From assembly GCF_041886205.1 (NCBI RefSeq), contig NZ_CP169029.1: a stretch of 64,000 nucleotides of DNA, one strand, 5' to 3'. How positions within the stretch are numbered: position 1 is the first letter of the stretch; each line of letters opens with the position of its first letter. A program made the translations under genes and the position numbers. The notes below the pieces were generated by a model that saw only the letters and a list, made by a program, of their open reading frames with translations, ran no database searches and had not been told where the DNA came from. Source of the stretch: Escherichia coli. GTDB lineage: Bacteria; Pseudomonadota; Gammaproteobacteria; Enterobacterales; Enterobacteriaceae. Below, in pieces: positions 15,223-26,454 of this stretch.

Positions 15223-16635
15223 TTATTTCCGCAGTTCAGCAGCCCGCTTCTTACCAATAAACAACCAGCCCAGCCCCAGTGCGATAAACCACAGCGGGGT
15301 GACCAACAGCGCCTGGCGAGTGTCATCTTCCAGTGTCAGCAACACGACCACGAACACAAAGAACGCCATACATACCCAGCACATCAGCTTGCCGAGCGGC
15401 ATCTTGTAGATCGACTTCTCATGCAGATGAGGACGCTGTTTGCGGTAAACCAGGTACGAGCAAAGGATAATCGTCCAGACGAACATAAACAGAATCGCGG
15501 AAACGGTTGTAATCATCGTGAACGCGCCAATCACGCTAGGATTCACATACAGCATCACCACGCCACCGAGCAGGCAGATGCAGGAGAAGGTCAGCCCTTT
15601 CGCTGGTACTGCGCGCTTAGAAAGTTTAGCGAACGCTTTCGGTGCCACACCTTCCTGCGCCAGACCAAACAGCATACGGCTGGTAGAGAAGACGCCGCTG
15701 TTAGCGGAAGACGCCGCAGAGGTCAGCACCACAAAGTTGATCACGCTTGCGGCAGCAGGCAGCCCTACCAACACGAACAGTTCAACAAACGGGCTTTTCT
15801 CCGGGACTACCGAACTCCACGGCGTCACGGACATAATCACAATCAGCGCGAAGACGTAGAACATAATGATACGGATCGGAATGGAGTTAATCGCGCGTGG
15901 CAGTGATTTCTCCGGATCTTTGGTTTCCGCAGCTGTTGTACCTACCAGCTCAATCCCCACGAAAGCGAAAACCGCTATCTGGAATCCGGCAAAGAAGCCA
16001 CTTAAACCTTTCGGGAACCAGCCGCCGTCATTCCACAAATGCGCGAATGACGCTTCCACACCGGTCGGTGACTGAAAGTGCATCGCCACCATGACCAGGC
16101 CGACGACAATCAGCGACACGATGGCGACGATTTTGATCATCGCAAACCAGAACTCCATCTCACCGAACATTTTCACGGTGGCAAGGTTGAGCGTCAACAG
16201 CAGCACTATCACCGCCAGCGAGGCGACCCAGTCGGAGAGATCGGGGAACCAGAACTGAGCATAAGCAGTGATCGCCACCACGTCTGCCATACCGGTTACA
16301 ACCCAGCAGAACCAGTAAGTCCAGCCGGTGAAATATCCTGCCCACGGCCCGAGTAAATCGGAAGCGAAGTCACTAAAAGATTTGTATTCCAGATTCGAAA
16401 GCAGCAATTCCCCCATTGCCCGCATCACGAAAAAGAGCATAAAACCGATGATCATATAAACGAAAATGATCGACGGCCCGGCAAGGCTAATCGTTTTGCC
16501 AGACCCCATAAACAACCCCGTACCAATGGCACCGCCAATGGCAATAAGCTGAATATGTCGGTTTGTGAGATTGCGCCGTAGCGACTGTTCAGCCGGAGCC
16601 TGATCATCGGCAACGACTTTTACCTGATCTACCAT
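15223..16635 (-). CDS. cycA: D-serine/D-alanine/glycine:H+ symporter CycA
   Basis: 470-aa ORF, APC-family permease. Confidence 0.93.
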   Translation of the reverse strand: MVDQVKVVADDQAPAEQSLRRNLTNRHIQLIAIGGAIGTGLFMGSGKTISLAGPSIIFVYMIIGFMLFFVMRAMGELLLSNLEYKSFSDFASDLLGPWAGYFTGWTYWFCWVVTGMADVVAITAYAQFWFPDLSDWVASLAVIVLLLTLNLATVKMFGEMEFWFAMIKIVAIVSLIVVGLVMVAMHFQSPTGVEASFAHLWNDGGWFPKGLSGFFAGFQIAVFAFVGIELVGTTAAETKDPEKSLPRAINSIPIRIIMFYVFALIVIMSVTPWSSVVPEKSPFVELFVLVGLPAAASVINFVVLTSAASSANSGVFSTSRMLFGLAQEGVAPKAFAKLSKRAVPAKGLTFSCICLLGGVVMLYVNPSVIGAFTMITTVSAILFMFVWTIILCSYLVYRKQRPHLHEKSIYKMPLGKLMCWVCMAFFVFVVVLLTLEDDTRQALLVTPLWFIALGLGWLFIGKKRAAELRK

Positions 16636-16943
16636 GTTTTTTTCTTCCTGTACCTGTCTGTGTTGTTCAGGCTCTACGGCCTTTAGTCAGTCTATGATAC
16701 GACGAATCTGTATCGGGACTCATCGATATTAGGTAACAATACGCGGGATGAATACTAAGATTTAGATCTAATGTTAATTTTATGTTTAAAGTGAGTGTCA
16801 TATCACGGTGATAACGCGAAACAGCTCACAAAAATACACGCTTACGGGGTCTTTGCAACACAAAATAGCGCCGTTTGGCAAACTGAAGGGTTTATTGCTG
16901 AATGCCTGCTCCCCTCTGGTTCGAGGGGAACAGAATGCGCTGC

Positions 16944-17564
16944 TTAGAGGATTTCCAGCAGTTCGACTTCAAACACCAGGGTGCTGAACGGAGGGATGGA
17001 TGCGCCTGCGCCGCGCTCGCCATATGCCAGTTCCTGCGGGATAGTCAGTTCCCATTTAGAACCTACCGGCATCAGAGTCAGTGCTTCAATCCAGCCAGGG
17101 ATCACGCCATTAACCGGGAATTCAGCGGGTTCACCACGAGCAACGGAGCTGTCAAACACGGTGCCGTCGATCAGTTTACCGGTGTAATGAACACGAACGC
17201 GGTCAGTACGTGCCGGAATTGCGCCTTCACCCTGGTTGATCACGCGGAATTGCAGGCCAGATTCGGTGCTGTTCACACCTTCTTTTTTGGCATTTTCTTC
17301 AAGATATTTCACACCTTCGGCAGCCATCGCCTGGAAACGCTGACGACGAACGGCATCGGCGCGTTCGTGGATTTCACGCAGCGCGCGATGCACCACATCA
17401 ACCGGAACAGCCGGATGTTTGCTTTCCAGCGCATCTGCAATACCAGCCACCAGCGCCTCCGGCAGCAGCCCTTGCAGGCCAGATTCACTCAGTTGTTGGC
17501 CTACCTGTAAACCAATGCCGTAGCTTGCTTGCGCTTCGATGGTGTCAAAAGTTGGGGTGGTCAT
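16944..17564 (-). CDS. fklB: FKBP-type peptidyl-prolyl cis-trans isomerase FklB
   Basis: ORF 16944..17615, start at internal Met [18 protein letters not shown] (206 aa). Confidence 0.9.
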   Translation of the reverse strand: MTTPTFDTIEAQASYGIGLQVGQQLSESGLQGLLPEALVAGIADALESKHPAVPVDVVHRALREIHERADAVRRQRFQAMAAEGVKYLEENAKKEGVNSTESGLQFRVINQGEGAIPARTDRVRVHYTGKLIDGTVFDSSVARGEPAEFPVNGVIPGWIEALTLMPVGSKWELTIPQELAYGERGAGASIPPFSTLVFEVELLEIL

Positions 17565-17782
17565 CGTATTTCCTTTCTTAGGGTATAAAAGTAGCGGGCA
17601 GCATATCAGCCACACTTCTTTGGGTAAAACTTTGTCGCAGGAATGATGACAAATCCCGGGGAAAAAGAAACAATAGCAATATCCCGTATGAATATAATAA
17701 AGGCGGGTTTACCACGGACATCATAGCGTTAGCTTATTCATAGGCTATGATTGAGGAACAAGACGCGGAGCAGGAGGAAACC

Positions 17783-18421
17783 ATGCCCGGGCGCTTTGAA
17801 CTAAAACCAACCCTGGAGAAAGTCTGGCACGCGCCGGACAATTTTCGCTTCATGGACCCGCTGCCGCCGATGCATCGTCGGGGGATCATTATTGCCGCCA
17901 TTATATTGGTGGTCGGATTTCTGCTTCCATCTGATGATACGCCCAACGCGCCGGTGGTGACGCGTGAAGCGCAGTTAGATATTCAGTCGCAATCACAACC
18001 GCCGACAGAAGAACAGCTGCGGGCGCAATTAGTCACACCACAAAATGATCCTGATCAGGTGGCTCCGGTCGCTCCAGAACCTATACAGGAAGGCCAGCCA
18101 GAAGAACAGCCGCAAACTACCCAAACACAACCATTCCAGCCAGATAGCGGAATTGATAATCAATGGCGCTCTTACCGTGTCGAACCCGGTAAAACGATGG
18201 CGCAGCTGTTCCGCGACCACGGACTGCCCGCTACCGATGTCTATGCAATGGCGCAGGTAGAAGGCGCGGGTAAGCCGCTGAGTAATTTGCAAAACGGGCA
18301 AATGGTGAAAATCCGCCAGAACGCCAGCGGCGTGGTGACGGGCTTAACCATTGATACGGGGAATAATCAACAGGTCCTGTTCACCCGCCAGCCGGATGGC
18401 AGTTTTATTCGTGCGCGGTAG
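17783..18421 (+). CDS. ytfB: OapA/LysM-domain protein YtfB
   Basis: ORF 17747..18421, start at [23 protein letters not shown]; proline/glutamine-rich linker. Confidence 0.88.
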
Positions 18422-18522
18422 ATGAAGGGTCAACCAAAAGCCAGCTAAGGATTGTCTCTTTGATGACCTTACGTCTGGCTTCCAGTGCCTGGGGGGAAAC
18501 CATACTGATATGTTGACATCCT

Positions 18523-18542
18523 CCACGCCCTGAAGGACGTGG
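18523..18542 (-). repeat. Right-end subterminal hairpin of IS200/IS605 element (13 nt downstream of tnpB stop); candidate omega-RNA / TnpA recognition structure
   Basis: Top strand CCACGTCC-TTCA-GGGCGTGG, 8-bp stem with one G-T wobble. Confidence 0.6.
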
Positions 18543-18555
18543 ATCCCTGCTACGT

Positions 18556-19764
18556 TCAGGCTGTCGCCTGAATCATTTCGGTGGGTTCCTGCTTCAACGA
18601 GCGGCCTGACTGCACCATCTCTCCACAGGCAAGAACGGCGTGCCCCGCCGCTAAAATGTTACGAGCGCCATTTACATCGGCGTTCGCTGTATATCCACAT
18701 GCCTGGCATCTGAATTTACTTTGTGACAGGCGATTTTCTTTCGCTGTATGACCACAGCACGCGCATCGCTGGCTTGTGTACGCTGGCGGAACAGCAAGCA
18801 CCTGACCGCCACGCCAGAGCTGCTTGTACTCAAGCTGGCGGCGCATTTCATACCAGCCCTGATCCAGTATCGTACGGTTTAAACCTGATTTTGCCCGGAC
18901 ATTGCGACCCGGCTGGCTGACCGTACCCGCTGCTGACTTTGACATGTTGCTGACCTTCAAATCCTCAATGACTATCATTGCGTGGTTTTTGCTGACGGTC
19001 GTTGTGACTTTGTGAAGGTAGTCCCTGCGGATATTTGCGATACGGGAATGCAGTCGCTGTATTTTGCGTTCCTGCTTCTGCCAGTTATTGCTGAATTTGA
19101 CCTTGCGGCTTAACTGTCGCTGAAGTCTCGCCAGCTTCTTCTGGTTTTTCTGAAAACTGTTTACAGGCTCAAAGACTGTGCCATCTGACAGCGTGGCGAG
19201 TTTAGCCACGCCAGCATCCAGCCCGACCATTGATGCTGAAGGGTGAACCGGAGTTGATACTTCACTTTCTGTCTGAATACTGATGTACCACTTACCGCAG
19301 GACTGGCTGACAGTGACATTTTTCACAACTCCCGTGACCTGACGGCTATTCCGGTAGCGCATCCAGCCCAGTTTCGGCAGAAAAATACGGCTGTTTTCCT
19401 GATCGAGCTTAACGCCCTGCGGGTAGCGGAATGCATCATTCTGTCCCCGCTTTTTGAATCGGGGAAAAGCAGCCCGCTTCTGGAAGAAGTTTTTGTAAGC
19501 CCGCTCAAGGTCTTTCAGTGACTGTTGCAATGGCTGTGACGGGGCATCTTTAAGCCATTGCGTTTCAGTGGCATTTTTCCACTCAACCAGCCAGGAAGCC
19601 ATTTTTCCGTAAGGGATGTATTTATTACCGGCCTCATGATTCTCATTCTGACGTGCCAGAGCACGATTGAAAACGAAACGACATGCGCCTGCGAAGCGCC
19701 TCATTTCACGCTCCTGTTGACCACCGGGTCTTAACTGGAATTTAAATGCCTGTAGTCGTTTCAC
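18556..19764 (-). CDS. tnpB: TnpB (IS605 OrfB) RuvC-like RNA-guided endonuclease, 402 aa, apparent GTG start
   Basis: RuvC-I D in [10 protein letters not shown], RuvC-II E in [11 protein letters not shown], zinc finger CACCGH...CQACGY, RuvC-III D in ADVNGARNI. Confidence 0.85.
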
Positions 19765-19771
19765 AGGCCAA

Positions 19772-20386
19772 ATGATACTTTGGTCTGTGAAAAAAGAAAC
19801 CGATATCCGGCGTGGAAGGCATTGTGTTTTCCTGATGCATGTTCACCTGGTCTTTGTCACCAAATACCGACGCCAGATTTTTGACCATGACGCGACAGAA
19901 AAACTACGCACTTACTTTTCAAAGGTATGTGCTGATTTTGAAGCTGAACTGGTTGAAATGGATGGCGAACCAGATCACGTCCATTTGTTAATTAACTATC
20001 CTCCCAAACTGGCGATATCCAGTCTGGTAAACAGCCTCAAAGGCGTATCGGGTAGGTTACTGCGACGAGATCGACCAGATATTGCAGTCAGGTATTACTA
20101 CAAAGGCGTTTTGTGGAGTCCTGGCTATTTTGCCAGTAGCTGCGGAGGTGCGCCAATATCCGCCATCCGTCAATACATTGAACAACAGCAAACACCTGGT
20201 CAGGTGGAAAACCGCGCCGTATATCCCCGCCCTGAAGGACGGGGTTTTACGGCGCACCGGATAAACCAGGCCAAGCGTATGCTGGTTGATCCAATAATAT
20301 CCCCCAAGCGCAGCAATATTAATATTCACCTGCAATGGGTCGATATCTGGCTTAAAAATATTGTGTTTCTTTCCTTCATCCAATAA
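19772..20386 (+). CDS. tnpA: TnpA, IS200-type HUH Y1 transposase; ORF lacks a stop inside the predicted element and reads through the left end
   Basis: KYRR motif, HUH motif DHVHLLI, C-terminal Tyr in AIRQYIEQQ; start ATG only 7 bp from divergent tnpB start; functional protein probably ends near 20230-20260. Confidence 0.75.
   Translation: MILWSVKKETDIRRGRHCVFLMHVHLVFVTKYRRQIFDHDATEKLRTYFSKVCADFEAELVEMDGEPDHVHLLINYPPKLAISSLVNSLKGVSGRLLRRDRPDIAVRYYYKGVLWSPGYFASSCGGAPISAIRQYIEQQQTPGQVENRAVYPRPEGRGFTAHRINQAKRMLVDPIISPKRSNINIHLQWVDIWLKNIVFLSFIQ
20225..20244 (-). repeat. Left-end subterminal hairpin of IS200/IS605 element
   Basis: Top strand CCCCGTCC-TTCA-GGGCGGGG; shares loop and 12-nt core with right-end hairpin. 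Confidence 0.6.
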
Positions 20387-20604
20387 GGATTCCATTAACT
20401 GCAAGTGCGCATGGTTAATTTCTAAGAGACGCTGTGATTTTGCATAATGCACACCTTTACTTTGATTTTCACTATGCACAATTTTTAAAAACCACGGGTT
20501 AGCAATATAATAATCCCATGTAAAATCAATAATTTTCTCAATGGCTTTTTGTGGCTGGTTAACCAGATGATTAACAAACGCACCGATACCGACAGCGTAG
20601 AATA
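20245..20604 (-). pseudogene. ytfA: ytfA remnant: C-terminal portion of a possible TetR-like regulator, no N-terminal HTH or start; 3' end runs into the IS element
   Basis: Open frame ...[77 protein letters not shown]... preceded by stop; continues antisense through tnpA 3' region. Confidence 0.5.
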
Positions 20605-21037
20605 ATTACATACCGCACAACAAGAATGTATGGTGTAAGGCGTGGAAGTCATTTTCTTCCCGGGTGCATCGTTATATCCGTGATGAGCGATTTTTGATAT
20701 TAATATCTTTCACCATCCGCTATTTTTACTACTTCAGAAAACAAACTTATTTTTATTAATATCGATTCTTTTTCTGTAAGCATTTAACTACGATATTTAT
20801 AAAAACATTAAACAGGTAACATTACAATGACATTACCAACGACTATTTATTCATTTCGTGCATATTTACCTCGTTTTTCGTCCACCGACAAACCAGTAAA
20901 ATTAAAATTTCATGAATATGCCCGTGCTACATTACTGCCAAATCGTGGAAGAGATCATAATTGCGATGGCAGACGTACTGTTGTGAACCGCCCCGGGAAT
21001 CCTGGAGACTAAACTTCCTGAGAAAGAGGTAAACAGG

Positions 21038-21364
21038 ATGACTAAAAATACTCGTTTTTCCCCCGAAGTCCGTCAACGGGCAGTCCGTATGGTTCTGGAA
21101 AGTCAGAGCGAATATGACTCACAATGGGCGACAATTTGTTCCATTGCTCCAAAGATTGGCTGTACGCCGGAGACTCTGCGTGTCTGGGTTCGCCAGCATG
21201 AGCGGGATACCGGGGGCGGTGATGGAGGGCTCACCACCGCTGAACGTCAGCGTCTGAAAGAGCTGGAACGTGAAAATCGTGAACTGCGCCGCAGTAACGA
21301 TATCCTTCGCCAGGCTTCCGCTTATTTTGCGAAGGCGGAGTTCGACCGCCTCTGGAAAAAATGA
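21038..21364 (+). CDS. IS629 OrfA (HTH transposase subunit, 108 aa)
   Basis: [31 protein letters not shown]...; leucine-zipper-like C-terminus. Confidence 0.9.
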   Translation: MTKNTRFSPEVRQRAVRMVLESQSEYDSQWATICSIAPKIGCTPETLRVWVRQHERDTGGGDGGLTTAERQRLKELERENRELRRSNDILRQASAYFAKAEFDRLWKK

Positions 21365-22251
21365 TGCCACTGCTGGATAAGCTGCGTGAGCAGTACGGGG
21401 TCGGACCGCTATGCAGCGAACTGCATATTGCCCCGTCAACGTATTACCACTGTCAGCAACAGCGACATCATCCGGATAAACGCAGTGCCCGTGCGCAGCG
21501 CGATGACTGGCTGAAGAAAGAGATACAGCGCGTATACGATGAAAATCACAAGGTATACGGTGTGCGTAAAGTCTGGCGTCAGTTGTTACGGGAAGGTATC
21601 AGAGTGGCCAGATGCACTGTGGCACGTCTCATGGCGGTTATGGGACTTGCCGGTGTTCTCCGGGGTAAAAAGGTCCGTACGACCATCAGCCGGAAAGCCG
21701 TTGCCGCAGGCGACCGCGTAAACCGTCAGTTCGTGGCAGAACGACCTGACCAGCTGTGGGTGGCTGATTTTACTTACGTCAGCACATGGCGGGGCTTCGT
21801 CTATGTGGCGTTCATCATTGATGTGTTTGCCGGATACATCGTGGGGTGGCGGGTCTCATCGTCCATGGAAACGACATTCGTGCTGGATGCACTGGAGCAG
21901 GCGTTATGGGCCCGTCGACCGTCCGGCACGGTCCATCACAGTGATAAAGGTTCTCAGTATGTATCGCTGGCCTACACACAGCGGCTTAAGGAAGCCGGAT
22001 TACTGGCATCAACAGGAAGTACAGGCGACTCGTATGACAACGCGATGGCGGAGAGCATCAATGGTCTTTACAAAGCGGAGGTAATACACCGTAAGAGCTG
22101 GAAAAACCGTGCAGAAGTGGAACTGGCCACACTCACGTGGGTGGACTGGTATAACAATCGACGATTGCTGGAAAGGCTGGGCCATACTCCTCCGGCAGAA
22201 GCAGAAAAAGCTTATTATGCTTCCATCGGAAACGATGATCTGGCAGCCTGA
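21361..22251 (+). CDS. IS629 OrfB (DDE integrase/transposase catalytic subunit, 296 aa); overlaps orfA, typical -1 frameshift arrangement
   Basis: rve-type core ...[49 protein letters not shown]...[11 protein letters not shown]...[15 protein letters not shown]. Confidence 0.9.
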   Translation: MMPLLDKLREQYGVGPLCSELHIAPSTYYHCQQQRHHPDKRSARAQRDDWLKKEIQRVYDENHKVYGVRKVWRQLLREGIRVARCTVARLMAVMGLAGVLRGKKVRTTISRKAVAAGDRVNRQFVAERPDQLWVADFTYVSTWRGFVYVAFIIDVFAGYIVGWRVSSSMETTFVLDALEQALWARRPSGTVHHSDKGSQYVSLAYTQRLKEAGLLASTGSTGDSYDNAMAESINGLYKAEVIHRKSWKNRAEVELATLTWVDWYNNRRLLERLGHTPPAEAEKAYYASIGNDDLAA

Positions 22252-22954
22252 GTTCACAGATAAAACACTCTCCAGGAAACCCGGGGCGGTTCAGTTGAGA
22301 TCCACAAACTAGATCTCTCAGACTGGCAAGCATTCAATAAACTAGCGATGGCGTGTAATGCTTACGATGGAATAACAATGAATGGTGATAATTCTTTTGG
22401 ATGGAACCATGAAGCTACATTAGATAATATTCACGCCCAGAAATACAATAAAGCTTACGCGGGTGCGAGGTTAACCGCAGAACTGAAATATTTATTGCAA
22501 GATGTCGAATCCTTCGAACCCAACAGTAAATACACAATACATGAGGTTGTTTTGGGACCTGGTTATGGTACTCCAGATTATACCGGCCAAACGATAGGAT
22601 ACGTTGTAACCCTTCCTGCCCAAATGCCTAATTGCTGGTCATCTGAACTACCAACAATCGATCTTTATATCGACCAACTTCGCACTGTTACAGGCGTTTC
22701 TAATGCCCTCGGATTCATCATTGCTGCATTGCTAAACGCGTATTCTGATTTACCCCATGATTTGAAAATTGGTCTACGTTCCTTATCAAATTCAGCAGCA
22801 ATCTACTCGGGTTTGGGTTTCGAGCGAGTGCCGCAGGACCGAGACATAAGGAGTGATCGTATGCATCTAACGCCAGCAAACCATCCTGACTTATGGACAC
22901 AAGAGAATGGTGAATGGATCTACTTGCGAAACTAATACCTGACGAAAAATAGAA

Positions 22955-22986
22955 AGCAAAACGCCGACCAATGGTCGGCGTTTTTA
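22955..22986. terminator. Bidirectional intrinsic terminator between convergent yjfZ and rplI
   Basis: cgccgacc aat ggtcggcg hairpin flanked by A-run upstream and T-run downstream. Confidence 0.7.
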
Positions 22987-23005
22987 CGTCTCGTTGAATA
23001 ACGAA

Positions 23006-23467
<462 letters not shown>

Positions 23468-23496
23468 TCAAAGTCGTATTAATGGACCGTGACCGA

Positions 23497-24043
<547 letters not shown>

Positions 24044-24049
24044 CAGAAA

Positions 24050-24463
<414 letters not shown>

Positions 24464-24771
24464 TTATTCAGCCTCCTGTCTGGGTCAGCCGAATCCCGGG
24501 GAGGCAAGGAACGTGTTAAAGGTCGGCTGAAAAATGACGCGTTATAGTACTTGTATGCCCCGCTAAACTCAAGGGCAGCCGACAAATAAATCTCATCTTT
24601 CGCTCAAAAGAACTAACTCGCTGATTTGAAGTTCATCACATTCCGTCACAGTGTTTTTTCGAACAACTGCATCAGAAATGGTCACCATCAACTTCTTTAT
24701 CATTGATTAAAATTAAATCAGAAGATCATCACAGAGGAGAGCACACAAAGTCAGCCGTCGAGGAGGTATCT

Positions 24772-25047
24772 ATGTTCAGTCGAGTTTTAGCCCTTCTGGC
24801 TGTGCTTTTGCTAAGTGCAAATACATGGGCAGCCATTGAAATTAATAACCACCAGGCCAGAAACATGGATGATGTGCAAAGCTTAGGCGTGATTTATATC
24901 AATCATAATTTCGCCACTGAAAGCGAAGCACGTCAGGCATTAAATGAAGAGACAGATGCGCAGGGCGCAACGTACTACCACGTAATTCTGATGCGGGAAC
25001 CGGGGAGTAACGGCAATATGCACGCCAGCGCGGATATTTATCGCTAG
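24772..25047 (+). CDS. yjfY: YjfY (DUF1471/YdgH-BhsA-McbA family small periplasmic protein, 91 aa)
   Basis: ORF 24703..25047, start at MFSRVLALLAVLLLSANTWA signal peptide. Confidence 0.85.
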   Translation: MFSRVLALLAVLLLSANTWAAIEINNHQARNMDDVQSLGVIYINHNFATESEARQALNEETDAQGATYYHVILMREPGSNGNMHASADIYR

Positions 25048-25087
25048 CACCAGGTATAACCAACGAAACATTGCCATAGTTTGCTTT

Positions 25088-25111
25088 GCCCCCTTCGCAG
25101 GGGGCTTTTTT
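25088..25111 (+). terminator. Rho-independent terminator downstream of yjfY
   Basis: gccccc ttcgca gggggc hairpin followed by tttttt. Confidence 0.8.
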
Positions 25112-25121
25112 ATACGGTTAT

Positions 25122-25673
25122 TCACCGAATTGCGACTTCCGGATCTGGCTCATGAGTAATGCGATTACGTAAGTCGCGGCGCATAATCTCTATTATCCAG
25201 AACCAGAAAATATGCCCCAGGATTTCAGACGCATATTCGTCAAAAGGCAATTGAGTGAGCGGCGGCGTTAAATTCAGCGCCGGGCAAAATATACCGTGGA
25301 CTGCCACTGTCACAATAAGCCCTGCTAATATCCCCTGCCATAATTTCACTTTCGGGAAAATTTCCGCGACAACACAATACCCTATCGCAAAAACCAGTGA
25401 GAAGATGATATGCGTCACCATCACCGGGTTGATAATATGTTCCGAGAATGTGTACACAGTTTGGGTTGGGTTGATACCTAAATAATCTCGTAGAAAGATA
25501 TACGGCGGGTTAAATTCATCGCGACCACCGGAAAATGTGCGCGGTGGCAAGGGGACTTCCGCTCCCCATTTAACAAATGCTGAAATAATTCCTGAAAGTA
25601 CACCCACAAGTAACGCAACGCCATAGCGGCGACGCTGCGGATCCGTTCTGACAAACAATCCTTTGATAGCCAT
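25122..25673 (-). CDS. hypothetical inner membrane protein, YagU/DUF1440-like (183 aa, 3-4 predicted TM helices); not recalled at this position in K-12
   Basis: [47 protein letters not shown]...; hydrophobic segments; family assignment from memory only. Confidence 0.55.
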   Translation of the reverse strand: MAIKGLFVRTDPQRRRYGVALLVGVLSGIISAFVKWGAEVPLPPRTFSGGRDEFNPPYIFLRDYLGINPTQTVYTFSEHIINPVMVTHIIFSLVFAIGYCVVAEIFPKVKLWQGILAGLIVTVAVHGIFCPALNLTPPLTQLPFDEYASEILGHIFWFWIIEIMRRDLRNRITHEPDPEVAIR

Positions 25674-25767
25674 AAAGCACCTGATGTTGATGATTTTATT
25701 AACTGGAGAGGCCCCGGAATCAGACCAATTACATCCCGCAGGAGGTAATAATTCCGGGGCGCACTGC

Positions 25768-26454
25768 TTACTTCTGCCCGTAATAGGCGTTAGGACCGTG
25801 CTTACGCATGAAGTGTTTATTCATGAGGAAGCTGTCGATGTGATTCAGTTGTGGGTTAATACTGCGCGCAATCCACGCCATTTTCGCCACTTCTTCCATC
25901 ACTACCGCGTTATGCACCGCATCGTGAGCATCTTTCCCCCAGGCGAACGGCCCGTGCTGATACACCACAATCCCCGGCGTATGCAGCGGCTCGGCGTCAC
26001 CCAGCGTTTCGATAATCACTTTGCCGGTGTTCAGTTCATACTCGCCCTGCACCTCTTCTTCGCTTAATCCGCGCGTACACGGGATGTCGCCAAAGAAGTA
26101 GTCGGCGTGCGTAGTGCCTAACGCCGGGATCGCCAGCCCCGCCTGCGCCCATGCGGTAGCATGAGTGGAGTGGGTATGGACAATGCCGCCAAGCGACGAG
26201 TAACGACGGTAGAGTTCGAGATGCGTCGCGGTGTCGGAAGATGGGCGATACTCCCCTTCCACCACCCTGCCGCTCATATCAACCACCACCATATCGTCTG
26301 CTTTCATGGTTTCGTAGGCAACGCCGCTGGGCTTGATCACCACCAGCCCGCGTTCGCGGTCGATGGCGCTGACATTGCCCCAGGTAAAGGTCACCAGCCC
26401 GTAGCGCGGCAGATCCATGTTGGCTTCAAATACCTGCTGTTTCAGCTTTTGCAT
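25768..26454 (-). CDS. ulaF: L-ribulose-5-phosphate 4-epimerase UlaF
   Basis: ORF 25768..26502, start at [21 protein letters not shown] (228 aa). Confidence 0.92.
   Translation of the reverse strand: MQKLKQQVFEANMDLPRYGLVTFTWGNVSAIDRERGLVVIKPSGVAYETMKADDMVVVDMSGRVVEGEYRPSSDTATHLELYRRYSSLGGIVHTHSTHATAWAQAGLAIPALGTTHADYFFGDIPCTRGLSEEEVQGEYELNTGKVIIETLGDAEPLHTPGIVVYQHGPFAWGKDAHDAVHNAVVMEEVAKMAWIARSINPQLNHIDSFLMNKHFMRKHGPNAYYGQK

Larger units (their letters stand above)
18490..20270 (-). mobile_element. IS200/IS605-family insertion sequence with divergent tnpA and tnpB; ends approximate; top strand is window minus strand; RE near ytfB, LE near ytfA remnant
   Basis: TnpB and TnpA ORFs back to back; related 20-nt subterminal hairpins at 18523-18542 and 20225-20244; size ~1.8 kb typical of family. 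Confidence 0.7.
20984..22293 (+). mobile_element. IS629 (IS3 family), complete 1310 bp with 25-bp imperfect terminal inverted repeats and flanking direct repeat
   Basis: Left end TGAACCGCCCCGGGAATCCTGGAG, right end CTCCAGGAAACCCGGGGCGGTTCA; flanks GTTG (20980-20983) and GTTG (22294-22297); orfA 108 aa and orfB 296 aa. Confidence 0.9.
20827..22935 (+). pseudogene. yjfZ: yjfZ interrupted by IS629 after codon 52 (N-fragment 20827..20983, C-fragment 22294..22935)
   Basis: Removing the IS and one copy of the flanking repeat restores a continuous ~265-aa frame ...DGRRTVEIHKLDLSDWQAFNKLAMACNAYDG... Confidence 0.85.

Noticed and set aside
15211-16356. Plus-strand His-rich ORFs (15211..15906, 16078..16356) that could be mistaken for metal-binding proteins
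   Set aside because: Both are antisense to cycA, a full-length permease; histidine richness reflects the reverse complement of hydrophobic codons.
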